From NCBI GenBank assembly GCA_052279835.1, contig CP181291.1, positions 3,168,001 through 3,232,000 of the forward strand: DNA of 64,000 nucleotides. Reading direction: 5' to 3'. The position numbers and the translations under genes are program-made. How positions within the stretch are numbered: position 1 is the first letter of the stretch; each line of letters starts with the position of its first letter. This stretch comes from Microcoleus sp. Lineage in GTDB: Bacteria; Cyanobacteriota; Cyanobacteriia; Cyanobacteriales; Microcoleaceae. Under the pieces are notes generated by a model, which was not told the origin of the DNA, did not search any database, and saw only the letters and a list, made by a program, of their open reading frames with translations. Positions 1 to 10,700 of this stretch are shown here, in pieces.

Positions 1-1
1 C

Positions 2-889
2 AGAAAAGCTGGAGAAATTATACCAGAAGTAGTGCGAGTTTTACCAGAACTTCGTCCAGCTTCTGCTCAACTATTTCAAATGCCTACTTGCTGTCCCGAA
101 TGCGAACAACCTGTGGTTCGCGAAAAAGGGGAGGCCGTTACCCGCTGCATTAATACATCTTGTCCCGCGATTTTGCGGGGTTCCTTGATTCATTTTTGCA
201 GTCGGGATGCGCTAGATATTAACGGTGTTGGAGAAAAATTGGTGCAGCAGATGGTTGATAGCAATTTGCTAAATTCTGTCGCAGATTTGTATGATTTAAC
301 ACCAGAAAAATTGATTAATTTAGAGCGAATGGGTGCTAAATTAGCCGAAAAGTTAGTAAATGCGATCGACCAATCAAAAACTCAACCTTGGTCGCGGGTA
401 CTTTACGGTTTAGGAATTCGGCACGTCGGCAGCGTTAACGCCCAATTGCTGACCGAAAGATTTACCAATGTCGAAGAATTAGCCTCAGTATCCGCCGCCG
501 CCATTGAAGGTGTTTATGGGATTGGTCCAGAAATTGCTCAATCGGTTTATCAGTGGTTTCAAGTTCCCGCCAATCAAAATTTAATTGAACGCTTAAAAAC
601 TACAGGATTGCAATTAAAATCCGAAGAGAAAAATTACAGTTCCACACAACATAATTTGCCCTTAGCTGGCAAAATCTTTGTCATCACTGGAACTTTGCCA
701 ACTTTAAAACGAGATGAAGCTAAAGATTTGATTCAAAAAGCAGGAGGGAAAGTCACCAATTCCGTTAGTGCTAAAACCAACTATGTAGTTGTCGGAGAAG
801 ACGCAGGCTCTAAGTTAGAAAAAGCTCAATCTTTAGGAATACACCAACTTTCAGAATCAGAGTTAATACAACTGCTAGAGCAACCATAA
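2..889 (+). CDS. ligA: NAD-dependent DNA ligase, C-terminal part (5'-truncated by window edge)
   Basis: The frame is open from base 2 ([13 protein letters not shown]). It has a C4 Zn finger (CPEC...CINTSC), HhH repeats ([17 protein letters not shown]) and a BRCT domain ([10 protein letters not shown]...[13 protein letters not shown]). Confidence 0.97.
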   Translation, partial: RKAGEIIPEVVRVLPELRPASAQLFQMPTCCPECEQPVVREKGEAVTRCINTSCPAILRGSLIHFCSRDALDINGVGEKLVQQMVDSNLLNSVADLYDLTPEKLINLERMGAKLAEKLVNAIDQSKTQPWSRVLYGLGIRHVGSVNAQLLTERFTNVEELASVSAAAIEGVYGIGPEIAQSVYQWFQVPANQNLIERLKTTGLQLKSEEKNYSSTQHNLPLAGKIFVITGTLPTLKRDEAKDLIQKAGGKVTNSVSAKTNYVVVGEDAGSKLEKAQSLGIHQLSESELIQLLEQP

Positions 890-927
890 ATCCTAGATAA
901 AACTTAATGTATACCTCTGAACTCTTT

Positions 928-954
928 CTCTGCGCCCTCTGCGCCCTCTGCGGT
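928..954. repeat. CTCTGCG(CC) short tandem repeat (cyanobacterial dispersed repeat)
   Basis: The sequence is ctctgcgccctctgcgccctctgcggt. A related tract lies at about 4460-4500. Confidence 0.7.
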
Positions 955-1035
955 TCAAAAAAGCTCCTTTGACTCCAACGTAAATTTTGCTAAAATTAAT
1001 CTAGTACACTCAATCCAAGCCCAAGGAAATACATT

Positions 1036-1479
1036 ATGTCAGAAATTCCAACAGAACAAACACCAACAAATTTACCAATTCCAGAAACAACCCCACAAAC
1101 AACTACCCAAAGCTCCATTTCTGCGGTGGACAACTTGAAAAATACTTTAGGAAATTTCCTCAATAGTTGGAAATTGAAAGCCGGAGTAGCAGTTGCTGTA
1201 GTCTTGGGAGTGTTCCTATTAACTTTTTACTGGCAGCATATCATCGCAGTGGTAGGTATGAAAAGTTGGTCGGCGCGATCGGGTGCTAAGGCGATCGAAT
1301 GTATGGTAAGAGATACTAATGACGACCAGTATGTCAGTTGCAGTGCCCTCCTAGATCAGCAGATTGTCCCTCTTGAGTGCAGCGCGAGTTTATTCAACAT
1401 CGGTTGTCGAGTCAACTATGGAACTGCGGCACCTAACCTGAGACTGATGAGCCCCAGAGCTGCTACTGGTATCAGATAA
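1036..1479 (+). CDS. Hypothetical membrane-anchored protein with Cys-rich C-terminal domain
   Basis: 147-aa ORF with AAGGA upstream of the ATG. It has a low-complexity T/P N-terminus, one TM helix (AGVAVAVVLGVFLLTFYW) and four Cys. Confidence 0.8.
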   Translation: MSEIPTEQTPTNLPIPETTPQTTTQSSISAVDNLKNTLGNFLNSWKLKAGVAVAVVLGVFLLTFYWQHIIAVVGMKSWSARSGAKAIECMVRDTNDDQYVSCSALLDQQIVPLECSASLFNIGCRVNYGTAAPNLRLMSPRAATGIR

Positions 1480-1547
1480 TTGTTGAATGAACAGATTTGT
1501 TACTAAAAAAGGGGACTTACAAAAAAAATGTGGTCGAGAAATATTCA

Positions 1548-2843
1548 CTATTTTCCTTCCCAAATCAAATCTAAACGATCTTGAGATTCTTGTAAGGCTT
1601 TTTTTACTGGTTGTCCTAGCATAGAAGCTTCGATAGCGCGACCTAAATTTTGAGAAATGCGACTATATCCCGCGACAATAGGACGCGAGCCGGCAACGGA
1701 CATTTGATCCACAAAAACTTTAATCACAGGTTTTCGTTTGATAAATTCTTGATAAGCTTGACTCTGCGCTGATTTCATATTAGCGGGTAAAAATCCCGTG
1801 CCAATACTCCATTTGGTTTGAAATTGTTCGCTCAAAGCATACTCCAAAAACTTGAGGGCAGCCTTCTGTCTTTCGGGAGTAGTTTTCATCACAAATAATG
1901 TCCCAGTTCCCGTGACTGTGGCTGGCCGAATATCGCTGGGCACTGGAAAAACCCCATAATCAACATTACTTTTCATAATATATGTCCAAGGGCCAGTAAT
2001 TTGCATCGCGACACGACCAGAAATAAAATCATCTTCTTCATAACCTCTTTCTGGCATTGATAAAGTCGCGGAACCATCTTTTAATAAATCTTGCCAAAAT
2101 TGTATAGCCTTAATCGCCCCCGGATTCATTAAATTAGGGCGATTATTTTCGATTATTTGACCGTTGGCACTTAGTAAAAAGGGAAACCAAGTGAAAGTAG
2201 TCCATTCTCCTTTTCCAAAAGGAATTAACATTCCATACTGTTCTGGTTTCCCATCAGAGTTTTTATCGATAGTTAGTTTTTTCGAGACTTCCCTTAATTC
2301 TTCCCAAGTTTTAGGTAATTCGGTGATTCCGGCTGCTTTAAATAATTTAGGACGGTAAAAAATCCCTATAGAACTGGTAGAGATAGGCACTGACCATGTA
2401 TGACCGTTTAATTGAATTTCTTCGAGAACACGGGGATACAATTCTGACTTCACTGGCAATTTGTCTAACCAATCTTCTAGGGGAACAATGGCATCTAAAT
2501 TAACAAATTGACCTGTCATTTGGGGGTAAAAAGAAAGGATATCCGGTGGAGAGTTACCCACCACAGATGTCAGGATTTTTGGTAATTGTTGGTCTAGTTC
2601 ACCTGCGAAAATAGATTCTACCTGAATGTCAGGATTTTTCTGATTAAATTCTGCGACTAATTTTTGGAATACATCTCGGTTGACAGGAGGGTTAATTCCT
2701 TGCCAGAGGGTTAAGTGAATGACTCCATCATTTTTGTGGCTGACGGTTTGGCATCCTGTAAAAATAAACAAACCTACAGCGAGGATAATCGCGATTAAAG
2801 CACTTTTTTTGGGTGAAGCGATCGCCTTTATGTTCCTAATCAT
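1548..2843 (-). CDS. ABC transporter sugar-binding lipoprotein (solute-binding family 1)
   Basis: It has a signal peptide with lipobox FTGC and the motifs LVAEFNQKNPDIQVE, FYRPKLFKAAGITELPKTWEEL and FISGRVAMQITGPW. Confidence 0.92.
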   Translation of the reverse strand: MIRNIKAIASPKKSALIAIILAVGLFIFTGCQTVSHKNDGVIHLTLWQGINPPVNRDVFQKLVAEFNQKNPDIQVESIFAGELDQQLPKILTSVVGNSPPDILSFYPQMTGQFVNLDAIVPLEDWLDKLPVKSELYPRVLEEIQLNGHTWSVPISTSSIGIFYRPKLFKAAGITELPKTWEELREVSKKLTIDKNSDGKPEQYGMLIPFGKGEWTTFTWFPFLLSANGQIIENNRPNLMNPGAIKAIQFWQDLLKDGSATLSMPERGYEEDDFISGRVAMQITGPWTYIMKSNVDYGVFPVPSDIRPATVTGTGTLFVMKTTPERQKAALKFLEYALSEQFQTKWSIGTGFLPANMKSAQSQAYQEFIKRKPVIKVFVDQMSVAGSRPIVAGYSRISQNLGRAIEASMLGQPVKKALQESQDRLDLIWEGK

Positions 2844-3501
2844 TATTTAAATCAATATTTGCTGTAAAATTCTTACTCACACTGTCTTCCGCTCTGGTGT
2901 AAATATAAGTACGAGGCTGAGAAATTTTTACCGCTTTGAATTTTTTTTCAGCCCTTTCCCATAAATCGGTATCTTCTCCATAGGAAATATTTTGAAACCC
3001 TCTTAATTCAAACAAAACATGACGTTTCAGAAAAAAAGTAGCACCCATAACACACTCTTGAGCATTAATTAGTTTTCCAGGTTGATAATAATCAGCTACA
3101 AAAATATCTCCATCCGTCTCAAAACCACCCGAAATACAATCCACTTCAGGATTAGCTTTCATATACTCCAAACGGGATTCTAAGTGATTGGGCTTATATT
3201 GATCGTCGCTATCAAGAAAAGTAATGTATTCACCGAAAGATGCTTGAATACCCGCATTTCTGGATAATCCCATTTTCCGGTTTTTATGCTTAAAATAGCG
3301 GATATTTTCATGTTTTTCCAGAAAGGGATTAATGATGTCAAATGTATCATCTTGACTGCCATCATCTATAATAAGTAACTCCCAATTTTTAAAAGTTTGA
3401 TTAAGTACGCTCTTAATGCAATCGCTCAAATATTTAGCTCGATTGTAAGTAGGTACAATAATTGATATTTCTGGGATATAAGAAAAACTCAGAGGACTCA
3501 T
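2836..3501 (-). CDS. Glycosyltransferase family 2
   Basis: It has the GT-A motifs ISIIVPTYNRA, IIDDGSQD, SRNAGI and FLDSDD. It overlaps the downstream gene by 8 bp. Confidence 0.93.
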   Translation of the reverse strand: MSPLSFSYIPEISIIVPTYNRAKYLSDCIKSVLNQTFKNWELLIIDDGSQDDTFDIINPFLEKHENIRYFKHKNRKMGLSRNAGIQASFGEYITFLDSDDQYKPNHLESRLEYMKANPEVDCISGGFETDGDIFVADYYQPGKLINAQECVMGATFFLKRHVLFELRGFQNISYGEDTDLWERAEKKFKAVKISQPRTYIYTRAEDSVSKNFTANIDLNND

Positions 3502-3758
3502 AGGTGTAAAAAAATGAGAAATTGTATATTTTGCAAGATGTTTGCAAATGGAAACTTGAAAAATTTAGACTTATTCTATCATATTTCAATCTAAATATCA
3601 AGCAATCATATCAGCAATGTAGCTAGTAATATAAACCCTAGCTACTTTTGCTAATTTAATGGTACATGATTGGATGAAGACCGTGGTCTTAATCAGAGTC
3701 CTACACGATAGTGGGATGATTTATAGCAATTTTGCTGCTCTGCTATCGGGATGTTTAT

Positions 3759-4316
3759 TTAAAAATGTAATCCTTTAATTTCTATGAGTAACAATTCGCT
3801 GCCATCAATCCAATGAAATACCTCCTTTGAAACAACATCATAAGCTTCAAAGTCTTCGATACACCAGGAACTTATGTGCTCTTCATGTGGGTTGTTGAAC
3901 ACTTCTTCTTGTGGCCATAATCCCAAGGGAATATTAATGATAATTTTTTTCCCTTTTTTGATGATTTTTTCAATTAAAGCGACGGCTTCATCTTTAGGTA
4001 GATGTTCAAGAATATCACCAACAATGATTAAATCATAGTTGCTCACATCATCAATAACTTTTTGTGCGTCTCCTATGAAAATCTGGTCATACAAAAACCG
4101 ATGAGTCTCCAGAATATAAGGCTCAAAAATCTCAATGCCATCTATCTTAATACGCCATTCCGATTTGTTATATCTTCCTTGCCCAATTTCCAGATATTCT
4201 CGTAAAAGAAATCCCCATTTACCAAAACCAATACCAATATCTAGTACGGATTTAGGGGAAATGTCCCATATTTTCTCAATTGTTGGAGAAATATGTTTCC
4301 AACTCGATGACGGCAT
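3759..4316 (-). CDS. Class I SAM-dependent methyltransferase
   Basis: It has motif I (SVLDIGIGFGKWG), IDGIEIF and YDLIIVGDILEHL. Confidence 0.88.
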   Translation of the reverse strand: MPSSSWKHISPTIEKIWDISPKSVLDIGIGFGKWGFLLREYLEIGQGRYNKSEWRIKIDGIEIFEPYILETHRFLYDQIFIGDAQKVIDDVSNYDLIIVGDILEHLPKDEAVALIEKIIKKGKKIIINIPLGLWPQEEVFNNPHEEHISSWCIEDFEAYDVVSKEVFHWIDGSELLLIEIKGLHF

Positions 4317-4425
4317 ATAATTACCTGCGATGGATTATGTCATCTTAAACCATACCATTTATAGGTAAAAATACAATAGCTGCTCCCGACTTAAATTTCC
4401 ACTGCTGCAATTGCTGTTTTTTGGA

Positions 4426-4533
4426 TAATATCAAATCCTCTCTTCATTAGAATTATTCATCTCTCTGAGCTCTCTCTGTGTTCTCTGCGCTCTCTGCGGT
4501 GAAATCATTCCGATCCCACCGGAAATGATATAA
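4426..4533. mobile_element. Putative miniature inverted-repeat element carrying CTCTGCG repeats
   Basis: Imperfect terminal IRs are taatatcaaatcc ... ggaaatgatataa (10/13 match). The interior contains a ctctct/ctctgcg tract. Confidence 0.5.
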
Positions 4534-4797
4534 CTCGATCGCACATCGCACTCAGCAATCAATGCTAGTGGAAAGTAAGTATACCATAAATCTGGTATAT
4601 CTCACTTATCTGGTTGCGGTGTCAAGTATGTGTTGCTTCCAGAGATACTTATGCTTAAACTACCCTGTTTGTCAAGTACAATTTGTACCAAATTAGATTA
4701 AATTACGGTGATGGCTCTACCCTCCCCTAATTATAAAGTAATTCCAAAAAAATCCCGACTTTTGAGTCTATTTATATCCGATCCTACATCTGTGAAA

Positions 4798-7700
4798 TTA
4801 CCAAGGATTTCCAATCATAGTGAAACTACTCCAATAGTAAGGATGAGAGAAATTGCGGTTTGATTGTTGTAAATTAGGAGGTAAATTTAAAGTGGCATCG
4901 GTTGTGACTAACTGTCGGTTTGTCATCCTAATTTTACCAGCAATCATCGCCTGTTGAGCAAGTTGCAGAGCCTCTGTCTTAATCATCGATCCTCGAAGTT
5001 GGTTGTAAAATTCACTCATCAGCCCCAAAGTGCCTCCATCATCAACATACCACAAACTTCCTAGGGCAGATTTAGCGCCAGATTTAACAGCTAAACCTCC
5101 AAAACCTAACTCTGCTTCCCGATCGCCCAAAGCCGTTCTACAAGCACTTAACACCAACAATTCCACTTGGGGATTGCGCCAATTCAAACTTTCCATGCGA
5201 TCTAGCTGCAATTTATAATTCCACATTTGAATGTAAGAATTGCTGGATTTTCCAGATTGGAATTCAGCATGAGTTGCTAGGTGAACGATCCGAAAGCCTC
5301 CCTGTTTGTGTTGTGACTTGAGATTATCTATAGTGAAAGTCGAATTGAGAAAAGATTGTCCGCTCCACTCACCATTAATTACCTGTAATTCTAATGGTAC
5401 ACTGGGCAATGGTTTTTGCTCAACAAACTCCGATCTACCCATTCCTAATAAGGAAGCACTCCTCACAGATTGATAATCGGTATTGGTATTGCTGAAACTG
5501 GGAATGAGACTAAAATTATATTTTTCAATTAAGAAGCCTTTCCCGTCGTGCAAAGCGGCAAAGGGTAGGCTGCGCAACCCTGGATCTACTGATAGTAACA
5601 GGGTCTGAATGCCTAATTTTGCTAAATCTGGTTCTAGCTGTGAGAACAACCATTTATATAGTTGTTGGGCGGGTTCTAAATAGGTGTTAGTGTTGATTTT
5701 TCTAGGATTAGTAATTTCATCCCGTAGCTGCTTGATGACGGGGAATAAAGCCGATCTGTTGGCTGCGGGTACGCTGTAGCGAATCGGTTGTCCTAGGGGA
5801 GGAACTAAGATGATTTCTAATTGTTCAGAACGGGAAACTAGATAAATAATACCAGACCGCCTACCTGTTTTTTGTTGGATGGTTTGTAAAGTGTTTTGAA
5901 AGTTATTAATTATAACGTTTGGATCTGGGATGTTGGCTGTGACACCCAGATGTTCTAAAAATTCTTGATTTCTAATTGTTTCGATTTCCCAGACAGTTTT
6001 CTGTAGGTTATTTTGTTCAAAAATGCGATCGGGAGAGGGAAGATATCCGAGAACTCCATCTGCATTAGGGTTGACAATTGTTGATGTTTTTGAGTCTTTT
6101 GGAGGTATAACACCGCTGTGGGACAACTGGCTGGTGATACTTGGATCGATGGTTAAAACTCGATCGCCTATACCGCCAGGATTGTCTAAGGGTGAGATTT
6201 TGCGACGTTGAGATTCTTCTGGATTGAGGGTGGAAGATTCTGGTTCGGGTGCGGGTGTGGCTGTGGCTGTGGCTGTCACAGGTGCGATCGGTGTTAGGGG
6301 TGCTTCGACAGATTCTAGGGTTGATGTTACCTGCTGAATTGCCGGCTGGTTGATGACAGTTACCTGTGGATTGACAGGCTGGTTTATGACTGTTTTCTCC
6401 TGATTATCCAGTGGATTTGTGACAGTTATCGGCTGATTTAAAACCGGATTTGTGACGGTTATTAGTGGAGTTTCAGTCGAATTTGTGACAGTTATTAGTG
6501 GAGTTTCAGTCGAATTTGTGACAGTTATCGGTGGAGTTTCAGTCGGATTTGTGACAGTTATTGGTGGAGTTGGAGTTACAAGCGCCGTTGGAGTTGGAGT
6601 GACACTGGGCGTGGGAGTTATCGCGGGCGTGGGAGTTATCGCGGGCGTGGGAGTTATCGCGGGCGTGGGAGTTATCGCGGGCGTGGGAGTGGGAGTGACA
6701 CTAGGAGTCGGAGTTATCGCGGGCGTGGGAGTGGAAGTGACAGTAGGAGTCGGAGTTATCACCGGAGTTGGAGTTTCACTGGGAGTGGGAGTGACACTAG
6801 GAGTGGGAGTTTCACTGGGAGTGGGAGTGGGAGTGGGAGTGATGGTGGCGTCATCAGTATTGAATGCAATATTACCTACATTCTGTGAGCCGGGAAAGGA
6901 CTGTGATTGAATCGTAGATTGTCCAGTTATAATTGCAGCAGCCGTGCCATTGACAGTAGCATCCCCCACCACAAATGGTTGAATTGGGGGGCCACCATCG
7001 CCTCCAGCGTGTCTGATGGTGATATTTCCCCCACCGATGCCACCAGCAGTGGAAATACTAGCAAATCCTGTGGGCGAAAGTAGAGTTGGGAAAGAATCTG
7101 TAGCGCGGAAAAATCCGCCTGTGGAGGAAACAAAAACAGTCCCACCGATGCCGCTAGTGCCGCCTTGGGCATTGATGAAACTAACTTGAATATCGCCGAT
7201 CGGATCTAAGGAAACATTACCACCATTTCCGACTATACCGCTGGCATTGATTTGTCTTGCGGTAATAGAATCTTTGGCCACCACAGTGATATTACCGCCA
7301 ATATTTCCCGATGTGGTTAAATTTTTGACATTGACAGTGCCGTTTGGACTCAAAAGTGCGATCGCCCCGCCATTTCCAGAATTAGAAGCAGTAATATCTC
7401 CCAAAACATTAATATTTCCGGTACTATTTACAGTCAAACTTTGAGCGTTTATTGAGGAATTGGCTGTCACATTACCAGCATTGGCGATCGCCATATTTCC
7501 TAGCTGTCTCGTAGCGCCAACTGGTGCACCGAAAGTGACGCTGCCAGTACCAGCCGCCAGATTTAGCTCGAAACTGCCATTAACACTGTCGATCGCCCCT
7601 CCAAAGGCAATATTGCCACCTCCTGAGCTCAATTTCGCATTTTGGCTTAAGCCCAAAGCGCTGTTAATCGTAATTCCGCCATTATTGGTGGTAACATTAC

Positions 7701-10700
7701 CAGCTAAATTAGTATTGGTTGCCGTAACACTAAAACCAGAAAGTGCTGTGGTTTGTCCGATATTGCCTTGCAATACCACATTACCTTTACCAGCATCAAT
7801 ATTTAAGCGCTGATTTCCATCGATCGCACCTGTGACACTCACATTACCACCACCACTACTGATAGCTACATCCTTACCGACTGTCACATTCCCGTTAATA
7901 GCGATACCCTGATTGGTGGTAGTGATACCACCGTTCAAATTCAACGTGGGAGTATTGAGACTGATGCTGCTGTTGTCATTGGCGGTAATATTGCCATTAA
8001 GGGCGATCGAACCAGTCTTCGTTTGAATATTTACCGGATCGGAAAAAGTGAGATTATTAGGAATAGTAATATTCCCGGTACTATCCGATCGCCCAATAGT
8101 AATCGAACTAAAGCCATTTTGAAGCAAACTCATTTCCGATGCAGTCAAATCCAAAGCGCTAGTATTATTATCAGTCCCACCAACTACTATATTTTGTCCC
8201 ACAGTTGCCGGTTGCAGCGTTAGCACATTAGTACCAGAAACTTTCCCAGAAAAATCAATTTCGCCAGCGGTGAGATTCAGAGGATTATTCCCGGCGGATA
8301 AAGTTGAACCAAAAGCAATCCTGGCATTTCCCACTCCCCAATTCACAGGACCATTTAATGTCACCGGGCCACTAAAATCAATATTATCATTAGTCGTGGT
8401 GATATTTCCCTTCAGCCCCACACTTCCCTGGCCATTTTGAATCAAAGCACCGTCTAAATTGAGATTATTGCCAATATTCACATTCCCGGTATTGCTGAGA
8501 GTTAGCGTACCGTTATTGGTGGTAGTTACATTCTGCAATAAATTAATAGTATCACCGGAAATACCGATATTTCCCGCCACCTTGACTGCTGCATTAGCTG
8601 TGATATTTTTTCCACTTATCTGCAACCCGCTTACAGAACTAGAATTGCCGATCGCCCCAGTGAATGTCACATTACCAGTGCCACCATTTACGGTCAAATT
8701 GCTATTGCCATTTACGGTATCATTGAAAGTAATACTGCTACCTGTTAGAGTCGGATTGTTGGCTATGGTTACGGCATCTCCATAAATCTGACTGGTGGTA
8801 GTTGTGACATTGCCATTGAGTAGAGTTGTGCCACCAGTATTGGTCGTCAGACTATTAGCTGTAACAGCATTAAAGGTAGTTGTACCGGAAGTGTTTGCGG
8901 TGAGATTTCCTAATGCTGTGGAATTGCCGATCGCCCCAGTGAATGTCACATTACCAGTGCCACCATTTACGGTCAAATTGCTATTGCCATTAACTGTATC
9001 ATTGAAAGTAATAGCGCTACCGGTTAGAGTGGGATTGTTGGCTATGGTTACTGCATCTGCATAGGTCTGACTGGTGGTGGTTGTCACATTGCCATTGAGT
9101 AAAGTTGTACCGCCAGTATTCGTGGTCAGACTATTAGCTGTGACAGCATTAAAGGTAGTTGTACCGGAAGTATTGGCGGTGAGATTTCCTAATGGTGTGG
9201 AATTGCCGATCGCCCCGATCGCATCAATCTTTCCCGTACCTGTTTCTAAGGTGAGATTGCCACTGCCGTTAATGTTATTATTAAACAGAATATTCCCGCC
9301 TGCTAAATTGCCTGTTCCCACCAAGACATTATTGCCAACTAGGGCATTGCCGTTAATTGTAATATCTTGAGATTTGGTAGTAATATTGCCATTCAGGTTA
9401 TTAATGGTAGCATTGAGAGTAATGGAAGCATTATCAGTTCCAGAAATTGATTGATTGGGATTTACTAAAATATTGCCTTGAGTATTGAAACTCACAGGAT
9501 CTTGAAAAGATATGGGCAAATTGTCTACAGTAATATTCCCGGTTGTAGTGTTACTGCCGAAAACAATTTTGCTAAAGCCATTACGCAAGGAGGATAAAAA
9601 CTGTGGTCCTAAATCGATCGCCCCTGGATCGTCAGCAAGTCCTTTTTGGAAACGAATGCCGACATTGGGCGCAGACGGCACAATTGACAAAGTACCTTGA
9701 CTCTTGACCGAATCTACTCCTCCCGAAAAGCCCATCTCATTGCCACTAATGGTAATATTTCCAGTACCGGACAATCCCTGGGCATCAATCACATTTACCC
9801 CAACTTGATTGGGAGTTGCGATCGCTATATCTCCGGCAGTACCAGAAGTAGATCTAGAGTTCCAAATTGCACCTGCACTTGCCACAATGTCGCCTGTTTT
9901 GCCGGTGAGGGTGATGTTTCCACCATTGCCAGCAGTGGAACTAGAATTAAGATTACCCCCGTTAATCTTGTTGGCACTGAGTGTAATTGGGCCTCCATTT
10001 CCGGTAGTAGAACTTGTATCGATCGCCCCTGTGGAAGTCGTTGTAATCGTACCATTATTGCTGGTCAAGGCGATCGCCCGTCCGGGATTTGTCGTATCGC
10101 CAGTAGTAATATCACCTGTAGCTGTAATCGCGATGGCGATCGGACTGGTAAGATTACGAGAATTGACTATGTTGAGGGAACCCAAAGGCAGCGTCCCCCC
10201 AAGAGCTCCATTGAGATTAATAATGCCTGTTCCCGTAGTCAAAGTTAGATTGCCGCCACCGTCAACAGTTCCCCCAAAATTAATATTACCGGCATTAGTT
10301 AATCCTGTATTCAGAGCGATATTAGAATTGGTAGCGAGAGAGACTTTGCCACCAAAGATAATATTCTGTTCGTTGGTGATAATATTAGAATTAGCTAAAA
10401 AATTGGTCGTTGGAGCATTAAAGGTAATTGAAGCATTGTTTACACCTGTAATGTTGCCATTGACTGCAATGCTGCCCCCTTGCATGGTGACGGGTAAATT
10501 AAAAGTAACACCAGCGGGCTCAATGGCGATCGCACCAGTACCATCTGTGCGCCCGATAATCATTTGGGAAAACCCATTCAATACCGGAGGTGCTAGTTCC
10601 GCTGCACTCAAATTCAAACGAGCGTCCGCAGTATTACCACCCACACTAATATCTAAACTGGGAGTCAATGGCTGCAACTGGATAGTCCCAGTACCTTTAA

